Shown here in pieces: positions 17,861 to 27,582 of a stretch of DNA of 64,000 nt. The notes beneath the pieces were generated by a model. It was not told the origin of the DNA. It was given only the letters and a program-made list of their open reading frames with translations, and ran no database searches. The DNA is from an uncultured Planctomycetota bacterium (GTDB lineage Bacteria; Planctomycetota; B143-G9): NCBI GenBank assembly GCA_964571525.1, contig CAZNBY010000001.1:90329-154328 (forward strand), given 5' to 3'. Position 1 is the first letter of the stretch. The number at the start of each line of letters is the position of its first letter. The position numbers and the translations under genes were made by a program.

Positions 17861-20091
17861 AATCGCTTCTCCGCGCCTCGCTCGCGGTTCTACTCATCCT
17901 TCATTTCGCGCTGCTCTCTACTCCCACATCGCAGGCTGAGCAGGGAGATTCGCGGCGTACGCCCTCTGTTACATGGACAGAGGTTTACACACAAATCAAT
18001 ATTTACAAAAACCTGCTGCTTGCGTCAATTGAGGCAAATGGGCGCGTAAGCTATCCGATGGATTTCTACTCGCTGGGAATAACGGCCCTGACTGGCTATG
18101 CACTGCTCGAAGCTGGAGTTCCCGCTGGAAGCGCAGAAATGTCTCGGCTTGTCAATTACTGCCTTGACCAACCGCATGATAGATATTCTGTCTACACTGT
18201 CTCGTGTTTGGCTCTGCTTTTTACCAAGATTGACCCTGACAAATACCGCACAAGACTTGGAATTCTGCATAACTTTCTTGTTGTTAACCAGCTTGAAAAT
18301 GGCATGTGGGGGTATGCAGCAAAAGGTGGCGATGTTCGCGGGATAAGCGAGATAGGTGATAATTCAAATACACAGTTCGCCATACTTGCGCTAAAAGCCC
18401 TGCACGATTGCGGCTTTCAGTCTCCTGAAAAGGTTTGGACTCGCTCTCGTGCGCATTTTGTCAACTCGCAGAACAAAGACGGCGGATGGGGTTACGCATC
18501 GTGGATTCGCTCTGCATCCTATCCCGCTATGACCGCAGCCGGCGTGGCGAGCCTTTGGATTATTCGCGAAGTTATGGAAGGCAAGCACAAGCATTGCGAA
18601 GAGGTTGTTAAGGATGTAGTTTTCGAACGGGCAATGACCTATCTCGACAACAATTTCGACCCCAGTTCAAGCACTATTGCATCGTGGAAGGGTTACATGC
18701 TATACGCAGTTGAACGGGTCGGCATATTCACCTCGCGCCGTTATATTGCCGATATGGATTGGTACCGCGCTGGAGCAGCGGAACTTGTGCAGAGGGGCGT
18801 GACTGCAGATCGCGCCGAGATAGCGTTCGGGTTGTTGTTTCTCGCAAAGGGCAAAGACCCGCTACTTGTTCAGAAGCTCGAGCTTACTGGGCGCGACTGG
18901 GATAATGACCACTACGACCTGCAGAACCTAACGCGTTTCTATATACAAAAAATGGGTGTACCAGTTGCTTGGCAGGTGGCAAAGGTAAGGGGTGATGCCC
19001 GTGATTTGCTCGAGGCTCCCGTATTGATTATCTCAACTCGAAAGGATTTCGATCTGATGATGGTCGAACGAAACGCTATTCTTGAATATCTGCAAAATGG
19101 CGGCACCATCCTTGCTCTTCCTGCAAGCGACTCAGAGAGCTTTGACCGGTCTTTTCGCAAAATAATGCAGGAAATGTTCCCCGATTCACCACTTATACCG
19201 CTTCCAAAGGACTGTGAAATATACACATATATCTATGATATTCCGATGGCTGACCGGCCAACTATCTATGCTCAATCGCAGGGCTGTGTTTTTAACCTGC
19301 TTTACATACCTCGCGGTAGATACACATGCAAATGGACGACAGAAGACAGGTCAAACCATTCATTCGAGCTGGGCGTGAATGTGCTTTCGTTTCTTTCGGG
19401 CGATAGGCAGTTAAAAAATCGCATAGACCCCGTAAGGTTCACGAAGTTGAGCGATCCGGATGAAAAGCGCGAACGACCATCGCGTGGTGCGGTAGTAGTT
19501 GGTCAGCTAAAACATGCTGGCCAGTGGCGCCCGCTCCGCCGCGATATCGTTCATTTAATGGAGCATTTGCGCGACAAAGCAGGCGTTACAGTGGGCATAT
19601 ATCCTGAGGTCGTTGACCTTGAGTTCGACGACCCATATCTATATCCAGTCCTTTACATGACCGGCCTGCACAGCTTTTCTGCAACTGAGGCTTCGTGCAA
19701 GAAACTGCGCGAGTTTATACTGCGAGGCGGTTTCCTTTTCGCAGATCCTGCTTGCGGACGCAAGGAATTCGACATAGCATTTCGCGAGTTTATGAAAAAG
19801 GTCTTCCCCGAAAAAGAGCTTACTGCAATTCCAATGTCGCACCAGATCCACACGATTGGCTATGATGTTCGCAGCATTAAATATCGGCCTTCCGTCCTTA
19901 AGCTTCACCCCGATTTGAACACGCCAAAGCTCGAAGGCGTGTTGATAGACGACCGCTACGGCGTAGTCTATTCGTCGTTTAATTTCAGCAGTGGCGTTGA
20001 CGGTATGCCTGCACCGATTTGCTGGGGTTATTCGCCAGAGGACTCCGTTAAAATTGCAGTGAACATAATGCTGTACGCACTTAACAATTAA
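17857..20091 (+). CDS. Secreted prenyltransferase/terpene-cyclase-like alpha-alpha toroid repeats fused to tandem DUF4159-like domains
   Basis: TTG start with GAGGAA RBS and signal peptide; repeats NGMWGY, DGGWGY; C-terminal halves LEYLQNGGTILA and LREFILRGGFLFADPACG resemble DUF4159. Confidence 0.5.
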   Translation: MKSLLRASLAVLLILHFALLSTPTSQAEQGDSRRTPSVTWTEVYTQINIYKNLLLASIEANGRVSYPMDFYSLGITALTGYALLEAGVPAGSAEMSRLVNYCLDQPHDRYSVYTVSCLALLFTKIDPDKYRTRLGILHNFLVVNQLENGMWGYAAKGGDVRGISEIGDNSNTQFAILALKALHDCGFQSPEKVWTRSRAHFVNSQNKDGGWGYASWIRSASYPAMTAAGVASLWIIREVMEGKHKHCEEVVKDVVFERAMTYLDNNFDPSSSTIASWKGYMLYAVERVGIFTSRRYIADMDWYRAGAAELVQRGVTADRAEIAFGLLFLAKGKDPLLVQKLELTGRDWDNDHYDLQNLTRFYIQKMGVPVAWQVAKVRGDARDLLEAPVLIISTRKDFDLMMVERNAILEYLQNGGTILALPASDSESFDRSFRKIMQEMFPDSPLIPLPKDCEIYTYIYDIPMADRPTIYAQSQGCVFNLLYIPRGRYTCKWTTEDRSNHSFELGVNVLSFLSGDRQLKNRIDPVRFTKLSDPDEKRERPSRGAVVVGQLKHAGQWRPLRRDIVHLMEHLRDKAGVTVGIYPEVVDLEFDDPYLYPVLYMTGLHSFSATEASCKKLREFILRGGFLFADPACGRKEFDIAFREFMKKVFPEKELTAIPMSHQIHTIGYDVRSIKYRPSVLKLHPDLNTPKLEGVLIDDRYGVVYSSFNFSSGVDGMPAPICWGYSPEDSVKIAVNIMLYALNN

Positions 20092-20102
20092 AGGAGAAGC
20101 CT

Positions 20103-21056
20103 GTGGGCAATGTCTCGACTTCGCTTGATGACATAAAACTGATGTACCTTATAAGGCGTTTTGAGGAAAAGGTCGAAGACCTGTTTGCAACAGGCGACAT
20201 ATTCGGCACAACTCACTTGTGCATTGGACAAGAGGCCGTTCCCGTCGGTGTTTCATCTTTGCTTACACCAAAAGATCTTACAGTTTCAAATCATCGCGGG
20301 CACGGCCATTTTTTGGCTCGCGGTGCCGATCCAGCAAGGCTTTTCGCTGAACTTATGGGCAGAATTGACGGCTACTGCAAGGGAAAAGGCGGTACACAGC
20401 ATCTTTCATGCCTCGAACTTGGTCATCTCGGCTCAAACGGTATTACAGGAGGAGGTCTGGCTGTCGGTACAGGCGCAGCGCTTGCACAAAAGCAACTCGG
20501 TACAGGTGCGGTTGTCGTCATCTATTTCGGCGACGGCGCGATAGGCGAAGGCATCTGGCATGAGAGCCTCAACATCGCCTCCTTGTGGAAACTGCCCGTT
20601 CTCTTTGTTTGCGAAAATAACCTTTATGCTATGTCAACCCCAGTATCTGCGGGAATCGCTGGTCGTGCGCTTGCACCTAAAGCCGCAAGTTACGATATAT
20701 CATGGACCATCGTTGACGGAAACGATCCCTATGCGGTGCGCGAGGCGGCAACTCAGTTTTTACCTCATGTTCGCGCATGCGAAGGGCCTGCGTTTATAGA
20801 GGCGCAGACCTATCGCTATCGTGGCCATTCAAAATCAGACGCGCGCGAATATCGCACACGCGAGGAAGAAAACACTTGGGCACAAAAAGACCCAATACTG
20901 CGCGAACGGCAAAGGCTCGAAGCCCTTGGTGTTCCCTCAGAGGCCATAGCAGGCGCTCTGAGCGAAATTGATTCGGATATTGCAGATGCGGTCGAATTTG
21001 CAAAGGAATCGCCCTTCCCGCCATTTGGTGAGGCTTTGAGCGACATCTTTGCGTAA
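20103..21056 (+). CDS. TPP-dependent dehydrogenase E1 component, alpha subunit
   Basis: TPP-binding motif YFGDGAIGEG...CENNLYAMSTP; 317 aa; no beta subunit gene adjacent. Confidence 0.8.
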   Translation: MGNVSTSLDDIKLMYLIRRFEEKVEDLFATGDIFGTTHLCIGQEAVPVGVSSLLTPKDLTVSNHRGHGHFLARGADPARLFAELMGRIDGYCKGKGGTQHLSCLELGHLGSNGITGGGLAVGTGAALAQKQLGTGAVVVIYFGDGAIGEGIWHESLNIASLWKLPVLFVCENNLYAMSTPVSAGIAGRALAPKAASYDISWTIVDGNDPYAVREAATQFLPHVRACEGPAFIEAQTYRYRGHSKSDAREYRTREEENTWAQKDPILRERQRLEALGVPSEAIAGALSEIDSDIADAVEFAKESPFPPFGEALSDIFA

Positions 21057-21210
21057 AAGGTGGCTATGACAGGTACTAATGCTGTATCAAGCGAAAAGTC
21101 GTCTCTTAGCTGCATTGAGAGAAAAGGTAAATGATGTATTATTTGTTGTATTTGCATAATTTGTATATGCGATATTGCTGCATTCTCCACAATCAGGAGG
21201 CGATACACCT

Positions 21211-21816
21211 GTGAACAATGAACAAAATACGCGCGAGATTCGCGAGCTTATCTTCAATCACTTTTCAGAGCACATTATTGACTTCAAGGTGCTTCAGCAA
21301 GATCGGACATTCAGCGATTCACTTCAAAGTACCGCTTCCTTGTGCATAACGGCAATCTTAAGTGGCGCTAAGATACTCGTTTGTGGAAACGGTGGCAGCG
21401 CTGCTGATGCCCAGCATTTGGCCGCTGAGCTTGTTGTGCGACTTGAAAAAAATCGCAGACCTGCTGCATGTCTTGCACTTACAACCGACACATCTGTCAT
21501 CACTGCATGCGGTAATGATTTTGGGTTTGAACAGATATTTAGCAGACAGGTCGAGGCTCTTGGTCGGCCGGGTGATGTACTTGTGGCTATTTCTACAAGC
21601 GGTAATTCACCTAATATACTGCTTGCAGCTTCCGCTGCGAAGAATATGGGCGTAAATGTAATTGGGCTTACCGGTAAGGATGGTGGCAAGCTTGCGTCCC
21701 TCTGTGACGCGTTACTCTGCGCACCAACTTCCCGAACAATGCGTGTGCAAGAGGTTCACTCTTTTGCCATTCACTTACTTTGCGATTTAATCGAACGAGC
21801 AATTGCTCGCGGATAA
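21211..21816 (+). CDS. gmhA: Phosphoheptose isomerase (sedoheptulose-7-phosphate isomerase)
   Basis: SIS-domain motifs ILVCGNGGSAADAQH and VAISTSGNSPN; start moved to GTG 21211 with AGGAGG RBS. Confidence 0.8.
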   Translation: MNNEQNTREIRELIFNHFSEHIIDFKVLQQDRTFSDSLQSTASLCITAILSGAKILVCGNGGSAADAQHLAAELVVRLEKNRRPAACLALTTDTSVITACGNDFGFEQIFSRQVEALGRPGDVLVAISTSGNSPNILLAASAAKNMGVNVIGLTGKDGGKLASLCDALLCAPTSRTMRVQEVHSFAIHLLCDLIERAIARG

Positions 21817-21821
21817 CCATA

Positions 21822-22712
21822 ATGCAGGGTGTAGAACGATATCTAAGACCTGAAGTTATCAAGTCTATTGCGAGCCTTGATCTAAAGGCGAGGTTCATTG
21901 TCGAGGGCTTTCTTTCTGGCTTGCACGGTAGCATTCGACATGGATTCAGCGTCGAGTTTTCTGAGTATCGGCGATATATAGCAGGCGACGATCCACGCTT
22001 TATTGACTGGGGAGCGTATGCCCGCACCGATAAGTACTTCATAAAGCTGTTTCAGGCCGAGACAACGCTTCAGGGCTTTTTGGCTGTAGATATCTCAGCA
22101 AGCATGCAGTATGGAACCACTCCTCTTAACAAGCTTGAGTATGCGATATGCCTTGCCGCCGCTCTTGGATTTCTAATGGTCAACCAAAAGGATTCTGTTG
22201 GGCTATTCACATTCGATGAAAAACCACGAACAATGTTTCCAGCCCGCAGTAAAAAACTGCATCTTACACGAATTCTTGCAGAGCTTGCTCGCGTTAAACC
22301 AGCTGGCAAAACTCAGTTCAGCGAATGCATGATGCGACTTGCCACATTTGCTCGCCACAGGTCACTTATAATGGTGTTCTCTGATTTGCTTGTGGCTCCT
22401 CAAGAAGCTATCAACGGCCTTGCACTTCTAAAACACGCTGGTCACGACATCATTCTGTTTCACATTCTCGATGAATCAGAACACACTTTTCCTTTCTCCG
22501 AACCCGTCGAGATGGTTGATCCGGAGTCTGGCGCAAAGATATCCGTTTCGCCAGAGATTGTGCGCGAATCATATCTTTCAGAAATCGGCAAGTTCACTGA
22601 GGAGATTAAGCGTGACTGCAACAGGCTGAAGATTGACTATGTTCCAATCAATACAGCAACGCCGTTCGATCGGGCATTGACATCATATTTGATTAGCAGA
22701 AGTGGCAGATAG
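21822..22712 (+). CDS. DUF58 domain protein (vWA-like, MoxR-associated family)
   Basis: Start ATG 21822 just after gmhA stop; motifs GDDPRFIDW, vWA-like core LAVDISASM. Confidence 0.65.
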   Translation: MQGVERYLRPEVIKSIASLDLKARFIVEGFLSGLHGSIRHGFSVEFSEYRRYIAGDDPRFIDWGAYARTDKYFIKLFQAETTLQGFLAVDISASMQYGTTPLNKLEYAICLAAALGFLMVNQKDSVGLFTFDEKPRTMFPARSKKLHLTRILAELARVKPAGKTQFSECMMRLATFARHRSLIMVFSDLLVAPQEAINGLALLKHAGHDIILFHILDESEHTFPFSEPVEMVDPESGAKISVSPEIVRESYLSEIGKFTEEIKRDCNRLKIDYVPINTATPFDRALTSYLISRSGR

Positions 22713-22721
22713 CGCTGCGCG

Positions 22722-23357
22722 TTATGGTTTCACCGCGATCCACTGACCCAACACGAGCACCTGCTTTGACAGAAAGAAATCGAGACTTTCGGAATACTCT
22801 CCAATTCGTGAGTCAAGTACATTCACCATTTGACCGTCGCTATAAGATACTATAACAAAGTGATTTGGGCCAAATCCGTCGCGAAACGCATATATCAGGG
22901 GAATGATAAGCGCACCATCGGATAACTCGCCCAGAAATACTTCGCGCCTTCGTTCGTATTCGTACAGCTTTACCTTCGAGTATCCCTTGTCATTGAACCA
23001 TTTGACTATCGCCGCAATGGATGTACCGCTTGTATGTGTGCCGTGAACTGCCTTCTTTATCTCGTCATACTTCCATTCGGTATTAAAGAACTTTCCTATC
23101 GAGTTTATTACGCAAACACCGCATTCGCTCGATAACAGCGATTGGCGCGTTACTTCAATCTTTGGTGCTCCCGAAAGTGGTAGGGACAATGTGCGCCGAT
23201 ATTGCAGGTAAGACAGGTAGCGTCCAGGGGTGATTGGAATCTCTTCGTAAACCTCGGGCTCTGCGGTAACTTTTTGTTCGACCTTGGCCTGAGTTGGGGC
23301 ACAACCAGACGCAAAGGCCAAGACGAGTGCGACAAGAAGTAGCTTGAGCAGTTTCAT
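22722..23357 (-). CDS. Lipoprotein, possible papain-like (C39-like) cysteine peptidase fold
   Basis: Lipobox LAFASGC; candidate Cys (ECGVCVINSI) and His (NHFVIVSYSDG) motifs; tentative. Confidence 0.4.
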   Translation of the reverse strand: MKLLKLLLVALVLAFASGCAPTQAKVEQKVTAEPEVYEEIPITPGRYLSYLQYRRTLSLPLSGAPKIEVTRQSLLSSECGVCVINSIGKFFNTEWKYDEIKKAVHGTHTSGTSIAAIVKWFNDKGYSKVKLYEYERRREVFLGELSDGALIIPLIYAFRDGFGPNHFVIVSYSDGQMVNVLDSRIGEYSESLDFFLSKQVLVLGQWIAVKP

Positions 23358-25720
23358 TCAAGTCTGAGTGTGAATATCCGCAAGCCTATATCGCCAGCGA
23401 AGTCTGGTATTTTAAGTTCTACGCGCCCAGCATCAATGTACTGAGAAAACTGGTTCACTGTTACTCCCTTGTGCGTATCCCACCATTCAATGCGGTAATA
23501 ACCGCGCGCAAAGCCGTCTAAACTCAGTATCAATCCGCGGTGGAAATATGGTTCTTTCGACGACGCAACTGTGCTAACCCATGTGTTATCGTCTGCCGTA
23601 AGCCAAGCAAGCCTCATATCTCGGCCTGTCAGCATTCTTACTGATACGCTGCCGACACGCTTTACATCGGTTGTAAAACGCTGATCGGCAAAGGAAATAC
23701 CCTCGCAGAATTTTGATAGGGCTGAATAGTGGTAAAGAAGGTCGTTTTCGAGTATGTGCGATTCCCACCACCAGTTCATCGAGCTGCCAGCGAATCCAGC
23801 GCTCATTGATGCCCACATCGCATTATGAAGATGCAAACCTTGCGTGTCAATGGCGTTGAAGCCGGGATTATCGTCTGTTACCGCGTATCCGAACTCTGCC
23901 ACAAGGGAGGGCAGGCCGTGTCTAAGCAGCTTATAAGCGGCACTGTCAACCATCTTTGTCGCGCTCTTTTCCTCTTCTGAAGTAGCAAAGGCGATATCCC
24001 TGGTGTAGCCGTGAAACTGCGTGAAATCTACATTCACCGTGTTCCAGAACTTCTCGTCATACGCGTTAAAGCCAAGGCTTGTCGTTACAAGATGCCTGTT
24101 CGAGTCCCAGCTTCGTATCTCGTAGTTGATATCCTGATGCCAATTAATCAACGATTCCGCTGGTTGACAGTAATCAAGCTCGTTGCCAGCTTCAAAAGCC
24201 ATGATAGACGAAAACGCGCTGTATCTGTTGACAATGTAACGCAGATAGTACTTGTAAACTCCACGGGGTTCTGCCAATGCGAAAAAATCCTCCATAGAGA
24301 CGCTTTCCGAGCCTTTCTTAAGATAGGGCAGCAAGTTCGCATTTTTGAGCAAGTCCTCGTGATTTAAAAGCACAAAAATGAACTTAATGCCGTATTTCAA
24401 CGCGCTCTTTGCGATCTCATCCATCGCCGCCATGCCTGCCTGATTAAAGCCGAAAGGCTCTGCGCTGTCCTCCATGCGTATTCCCCATGTGGATATCCAA
24501 ATTCGTGTCGCATTTATGCCCTTTGCAGCCATCTTTTTGAATAGGTTGTCATAAGACGATGGTGAACTGTCCTTTAGCCATGCGGTATTGAAGCCAATCG
24601 GAAAATATGACTCGCCCGAGCTAAGGATGAAGTATCGCGGATCCTGCGGAGCGCGAATAACAAATCCACCCGCCGCTTCCTTCACATCGAAAGACATAGT
24701 CTTGGATGCATAGAGATTTTCAGCAGACCCCAGAAAAACGCGATACTTGTGATTGACAGCGTTTCTTGGGCAATATCTGATAAGAAAATACGGCCTTCCC
24801 ACGGGAACGGTCTTTTTCGCTTCGCTGTCTATTTGCGGATAATAAGGCACGGCATATATCGGGCGGAGCGAGGTTTTACGCCCAAATTCATCCTCGAACA
24901 CTGCATTGATGGGATGTGTAGAAATGTCGTATGGATTTGTTATCTTCAATCCAAGGAATTGAAATGCTGCTTCAAATACACCGTATCTTTCGACCGTTTC
25001 AGAGGTTAATGGCTGAACTATCGAGCAATATGGCTGCGGTGGCAGGTCGCGGGATGATAGCCTTCCCGTTAGGAACAACGGGCAACCCGCGTTTGTCTTT
25101 GTTCCACCGGTAATCTCGACGAAAACGCTTACAAAGTCCCTGCCAGCTTCGTTGTTCTTCACAATTGTTAGAGGTAGTGCAGAAGCTAACTGAATTGCAA
25201 CTTGGCCGGGAAAGCCTTCTGCCAACACGATTGATGTTGCACGAACAGACACAGGTTTTTCGAGATTAAGGTCTCCGCGATGCTTACCGTCAACACTAAA
25301 TGTCTTTCCTGCAATCTCTGCGTACGGAAGGCGTATGCGCGAATAAAGGCTGTTGATGACAGTTTTAGGTGCTATTGCGACTGAAAAATACACGCCGTCT
25401 GACTCGAAAACTCGGCTTTCGCCGTTCATTGACATCCTCGACCGTCCGAGTTTGTAGCTTGATGAAAAACCAATGCCCTTGTCAAATGGAACAAGCTTGA
25501 AGTCCCTTTCTACGCTCCATGGGCGATCGAAAGAGGCTGATTCGTAAAAAAGCGTGTCAAATAACACCACATTTTGCGCGTCAGGGCGCGATACTGAGAA
25601 TAAGTGCGTGTTATAGCTTCCACCGGTCAACTTCCAGTCACCGGGCAGCCACTGCGCATGCACAGCAGCGAAGCTTGATGAAACAAGAAGGATGAGAATC
25701 AGCGCGGTTTTTCTGTACAC
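23354..25720 (-). CDS. Secreted putative glycoside hydrolase (GH5-like TIM barrel with N-terminal beta-sandwich domains)
   Basis: Signal peptide; candidate catalytic motifs EAGNELD and VAEFGY; family assignment tentative. Confidence 0.45.
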   Translation of the reverse strand: MYRKTALILILLVSSSFAAVHAQWLPGDWKLTGGSYNTHLFSVSRPDAQNVVLFDTLFYESASFDRPWSVERDFKLVPFDKGIGFSSSYKLGRSRMSMNGESRVFESDGVYFSVAIAPKTVINSLYSRIRLPYAEIAGKTFSVDGKHRGDLNLEKPVSVRATSIVLAEGFPGQVAIQLASALPLTIVKNNEAGRDFVSVFVEITGGTKTNAGCPLFLTGRLSSRDLPPQPYCSIVQPLTSETVERYGVFEAAFQFLGLKITNPYDISTHPINAVFEDEFGRKTSLRPIYAVPYYPQIDSEAKKTVPVGRPYFLIRYCPRNAVNHKYRVFLGSAENLYASKTMSFDVKEAAGGFVIRAPQDPRYFILSSGESYFPIGFNTAWLKDSSPSSYDNLFKKMAAKGINATRIWISTWGIRMEDSAEPFGFNQAGMAAMDEIAKSALKYGIKFIFVLLNHEDLLKNANLLPYLKKGSESVSMEDFFALAEPRGVYKYYLRYIVNRYSAFSSIMAFEAGNELDYCQPAESLINWHQDINYEIRSWDSNRHLVTTSLGFNAYDEKFWNTVNVDFTQFHGYTRDIAFATSEEEKSATKMVDSAAYKLLRHGLPSLVAEFGYAVTDDNPGFNAIDTQGLHLHNAMWASMSAGFAGSSMNWWWESHILENDLLYHYSALSKFCEGISFADQRFTTDVKRVGSVSVRMLTGRDMRLAWLTADDNTWVSTVASSKEPYFHRGLILSLDGFARGYYRIEWWDTHKGVTVNQFSQYIDAGRVELKIPDFAGDIGLRIFTLRLE

Positions 25721-25723
25721 CGG

Positions 25724-26446
25724 TTATCTCCCTTGAAACAGCCTATACGCAAGAATTTCTGGAAGCCCCGCATCAAGAATCTTCTGCGCGGCAGCTCGGA
25801 CATCGTATTTTACCCGATAGATCGTTACGACCCTTTGTTCGTCATCGTAATAAGCAAAAGAGGCCATAGGAATTTCGTCTCGCGGCTGACCAACCGACCC
25901 GACATTGAGAAGCATCTTCTGGTCTGGTTCAAGCACAAATTGGGTATCCATGCTGTAGCTTATGGGAGAAGTAGAAAAAAACGCGACAGGCATGTGCGAA
26001 TGACCCATGAAGCAAATCGGCTTGTCAAGAGCCTCGAACGATAACTTGGCCTCCAATAAAGTGAGTATGTAATTGAACTGCTCGGGTGAATGCAGCGTGC
26101 TGTGAGTTACGACAAACGAGTCGTAATGCTCCACAAACGGGGCATTCCTCAGCCATTCGACATTTTCGGGCGCAAGTTGTTCCCGAGTCCACAACGCTGC
26201 ATTGCGAGCGTACTCGTTGAAGAACTCAAGATTCAGCAAGCCTATTGCGGCGTGGTCATGGTTTCCAGCAAGAGTGCGCACTCCCTTAGCGCGAAGAAAT
26301 TCGCAGCACTCATTAGGCTCTGCGCCATATCCAACAACATCGCCAAGGCAGATCATTAAATCGCACCCAAGGCTTTCTATTGCCTCAATTGTCGTGCATA
26401 GCGCGTCGTAATTCCCGTGTATGTCACTAAATACGGCGAATTTCAT
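25724..26446 (-). CDS. Metallophosphoesterase (calcineurin-like)
   Basis: Motifs DIHGN, GDVVGYG, GNHD, GHSH. Confidence 0.8.
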   Translation of the reverse strand: MKFAVFSDIHGNYDALCTTIEAIESLGCDLMICLGDVVGYGAEPNECCEFLRAKGVRTLAGNHDHAAIGLLNLEFFNEYARNAALWTREQLAPENVEWLRNAPFVEHYDSFVVTHSTLHSPEQFNYILTLLEAKLSFEALDKPICFMGHSHMPVAFFSTSPISYSMDTQFVLEPDQKMLLNVGSVGQPRDEIPMASFAYYDDEQRVVTIYRVKYDVRAAAQKILDAGLPEILAYRLFQGR

Positions 26447-27177
26447 CAGATCAACTCCCTTCGCTCGAAGACCTGAACGCCTATTACGAACAAAACTGTC
26501 AGATATACAAGGGTGTAGAATGATGCAAGCGTGATATACCCTCCCGGGATGCTTAGACCTGTTATAAGTGCGCTCGACACATTAAAATGCTCTAAGTTAG
26601 GTATCGCAACATAGAAAACTGCCGCGATTGGATGCATCGTGTGGGTTATTGGGTCGCGAAAGACAGAAAAGACATAGTCAGAGATGTGCCCTGCCATAAA
26701 TATCAGGCCACACACAGCCATGTTAGGAAGCAGGCCGAGCCTAATCGAGAGCACAGTTGAAAATGCGCCCAATATCATCACTTGAAGATAGCAAAGGTAA
26801 ACGGCCTTAAACACCTCAGGATGCAAGAAAGGCTGGTTTTTATCCGAAAGATTGTACTCGTATTGCAGCAACCACCACAGCGCTATAAGAAAGAGAATCA
26901 GCATCACAGCGAACGCAAGCAGTACAGCGAACATGAGCCCGAGAAACTTGCCAAGCAACACCTCGCTGCGCGTTACAGGCCTTGATAGCACATTAAGAAT
27001 CGTCTTGTTCTCAATTTCGTCGTATATCGTTGAGGTTGCAGAGAAGACGACAAGGAGAAGACCGATAAGCAGAATCGTTGTTACACCGATGTCTTTGAAC
27101 ATGCGGACTTCGTCGCCAAGCGCGAATAAGGTCAGGTAACGCCCAAGCAACAAGGCGACACCGCCCAGCGCGAGCAA
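26446..27177 (-). CDS. ABC-2-type transporter permease-like membrane protein
   Basis: Six predicted hydrophobic segments; no ATPase gene adjacent. Confidence 0.5.
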   Translation of the reverse strand: MLALGGVALLLGRYLTLFALGDEVRMFKDIGVTTILLIGLLLVVFSATSTIYDEIENKTILNVLSRPVTRSEVLLGKFLGLMFAVLLAFAVMLILFLIALWWLLQYEYNLSDKNQPFLHPEVFKAVYLCYLQVMILGAFSTVLSIRLGLLPNMAVCGLIFMAGHISDYVFSVFRDPITHTMHPIAAVFYVAIPNLEHFNVSSALITGLSIPGGYITLASFYTLVYLTVLFVIGVQVFERRELI

Positions 27178-27239
27178 AACGAGAAAGGACGGCTGGCGGG
27201 TTATCTCTTTAAATGTGTTTCGGGCAATTACGATCGAGT

Positions 27240-27518
27240 TCAGCTTTCGCCCCTATGTCGTATGTCGAATGATGTGCATCCCTGTTCGGGCACACTATCA
27301 TTATAGACTATGTGCGAAATATATCCAGACATGCTTTTCTTCAAATCCTCAATAAAGGCCGAAATTTCGTCCTTTTCACCCTCGACAGCAAGAAAAACCG
27401 AGCCGTCCCGCATGTTCGCAACATAACCATACACCTTGTAACGCGTAGCAATTCGGTGTGCGGTGTACCGAAAGCCGACGCCCTGCACCGTTCCAAAAAA
27501 GGAAACTTCTAAACGCAT
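27240..27518 (-). CDS. acyP: Acylphosphatase
   Basis: VQGVGFR signature, 92 aa. Confidence 0.85.
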   Translation of the reverse strand: MRLEVSFFGTVQGVGFRYTAHRIATRYKVYGYVANMRDGSVFLAVEGEKDEISAFIEDLKKSMSGYISHIVYNDSVPEQGCTSFDIRHRGES

Positions 27519-27555
27519 AATAAAAAACCTTGCGCTTTATTCCCCGTCGCTATAA

Positions 27556-27571
27556 TGTTCCACGTGGAACA
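27556..27571. promoter_or_regulatory. parS-like centromere site overlapping the parA promoter
   Basis: TGTTCCACGTGGAACA, perfect 16-bp palindrome, 15/16 to TGTTNCACGTGAAACA; abuts TATAAT at 27551-27556, 12 bp before parA ATG. Confidence 0.6.
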
Positions 27572-27582
27572 TCGGAGATCGA

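Noticed and set aside
21175-21210. Upstream extension of gmhA (track start 21175)
   Set aside because: GTG 21211 is preceded by a perfect AGGAGG at ideal spacing; the extension adds a non-conserved peptide.
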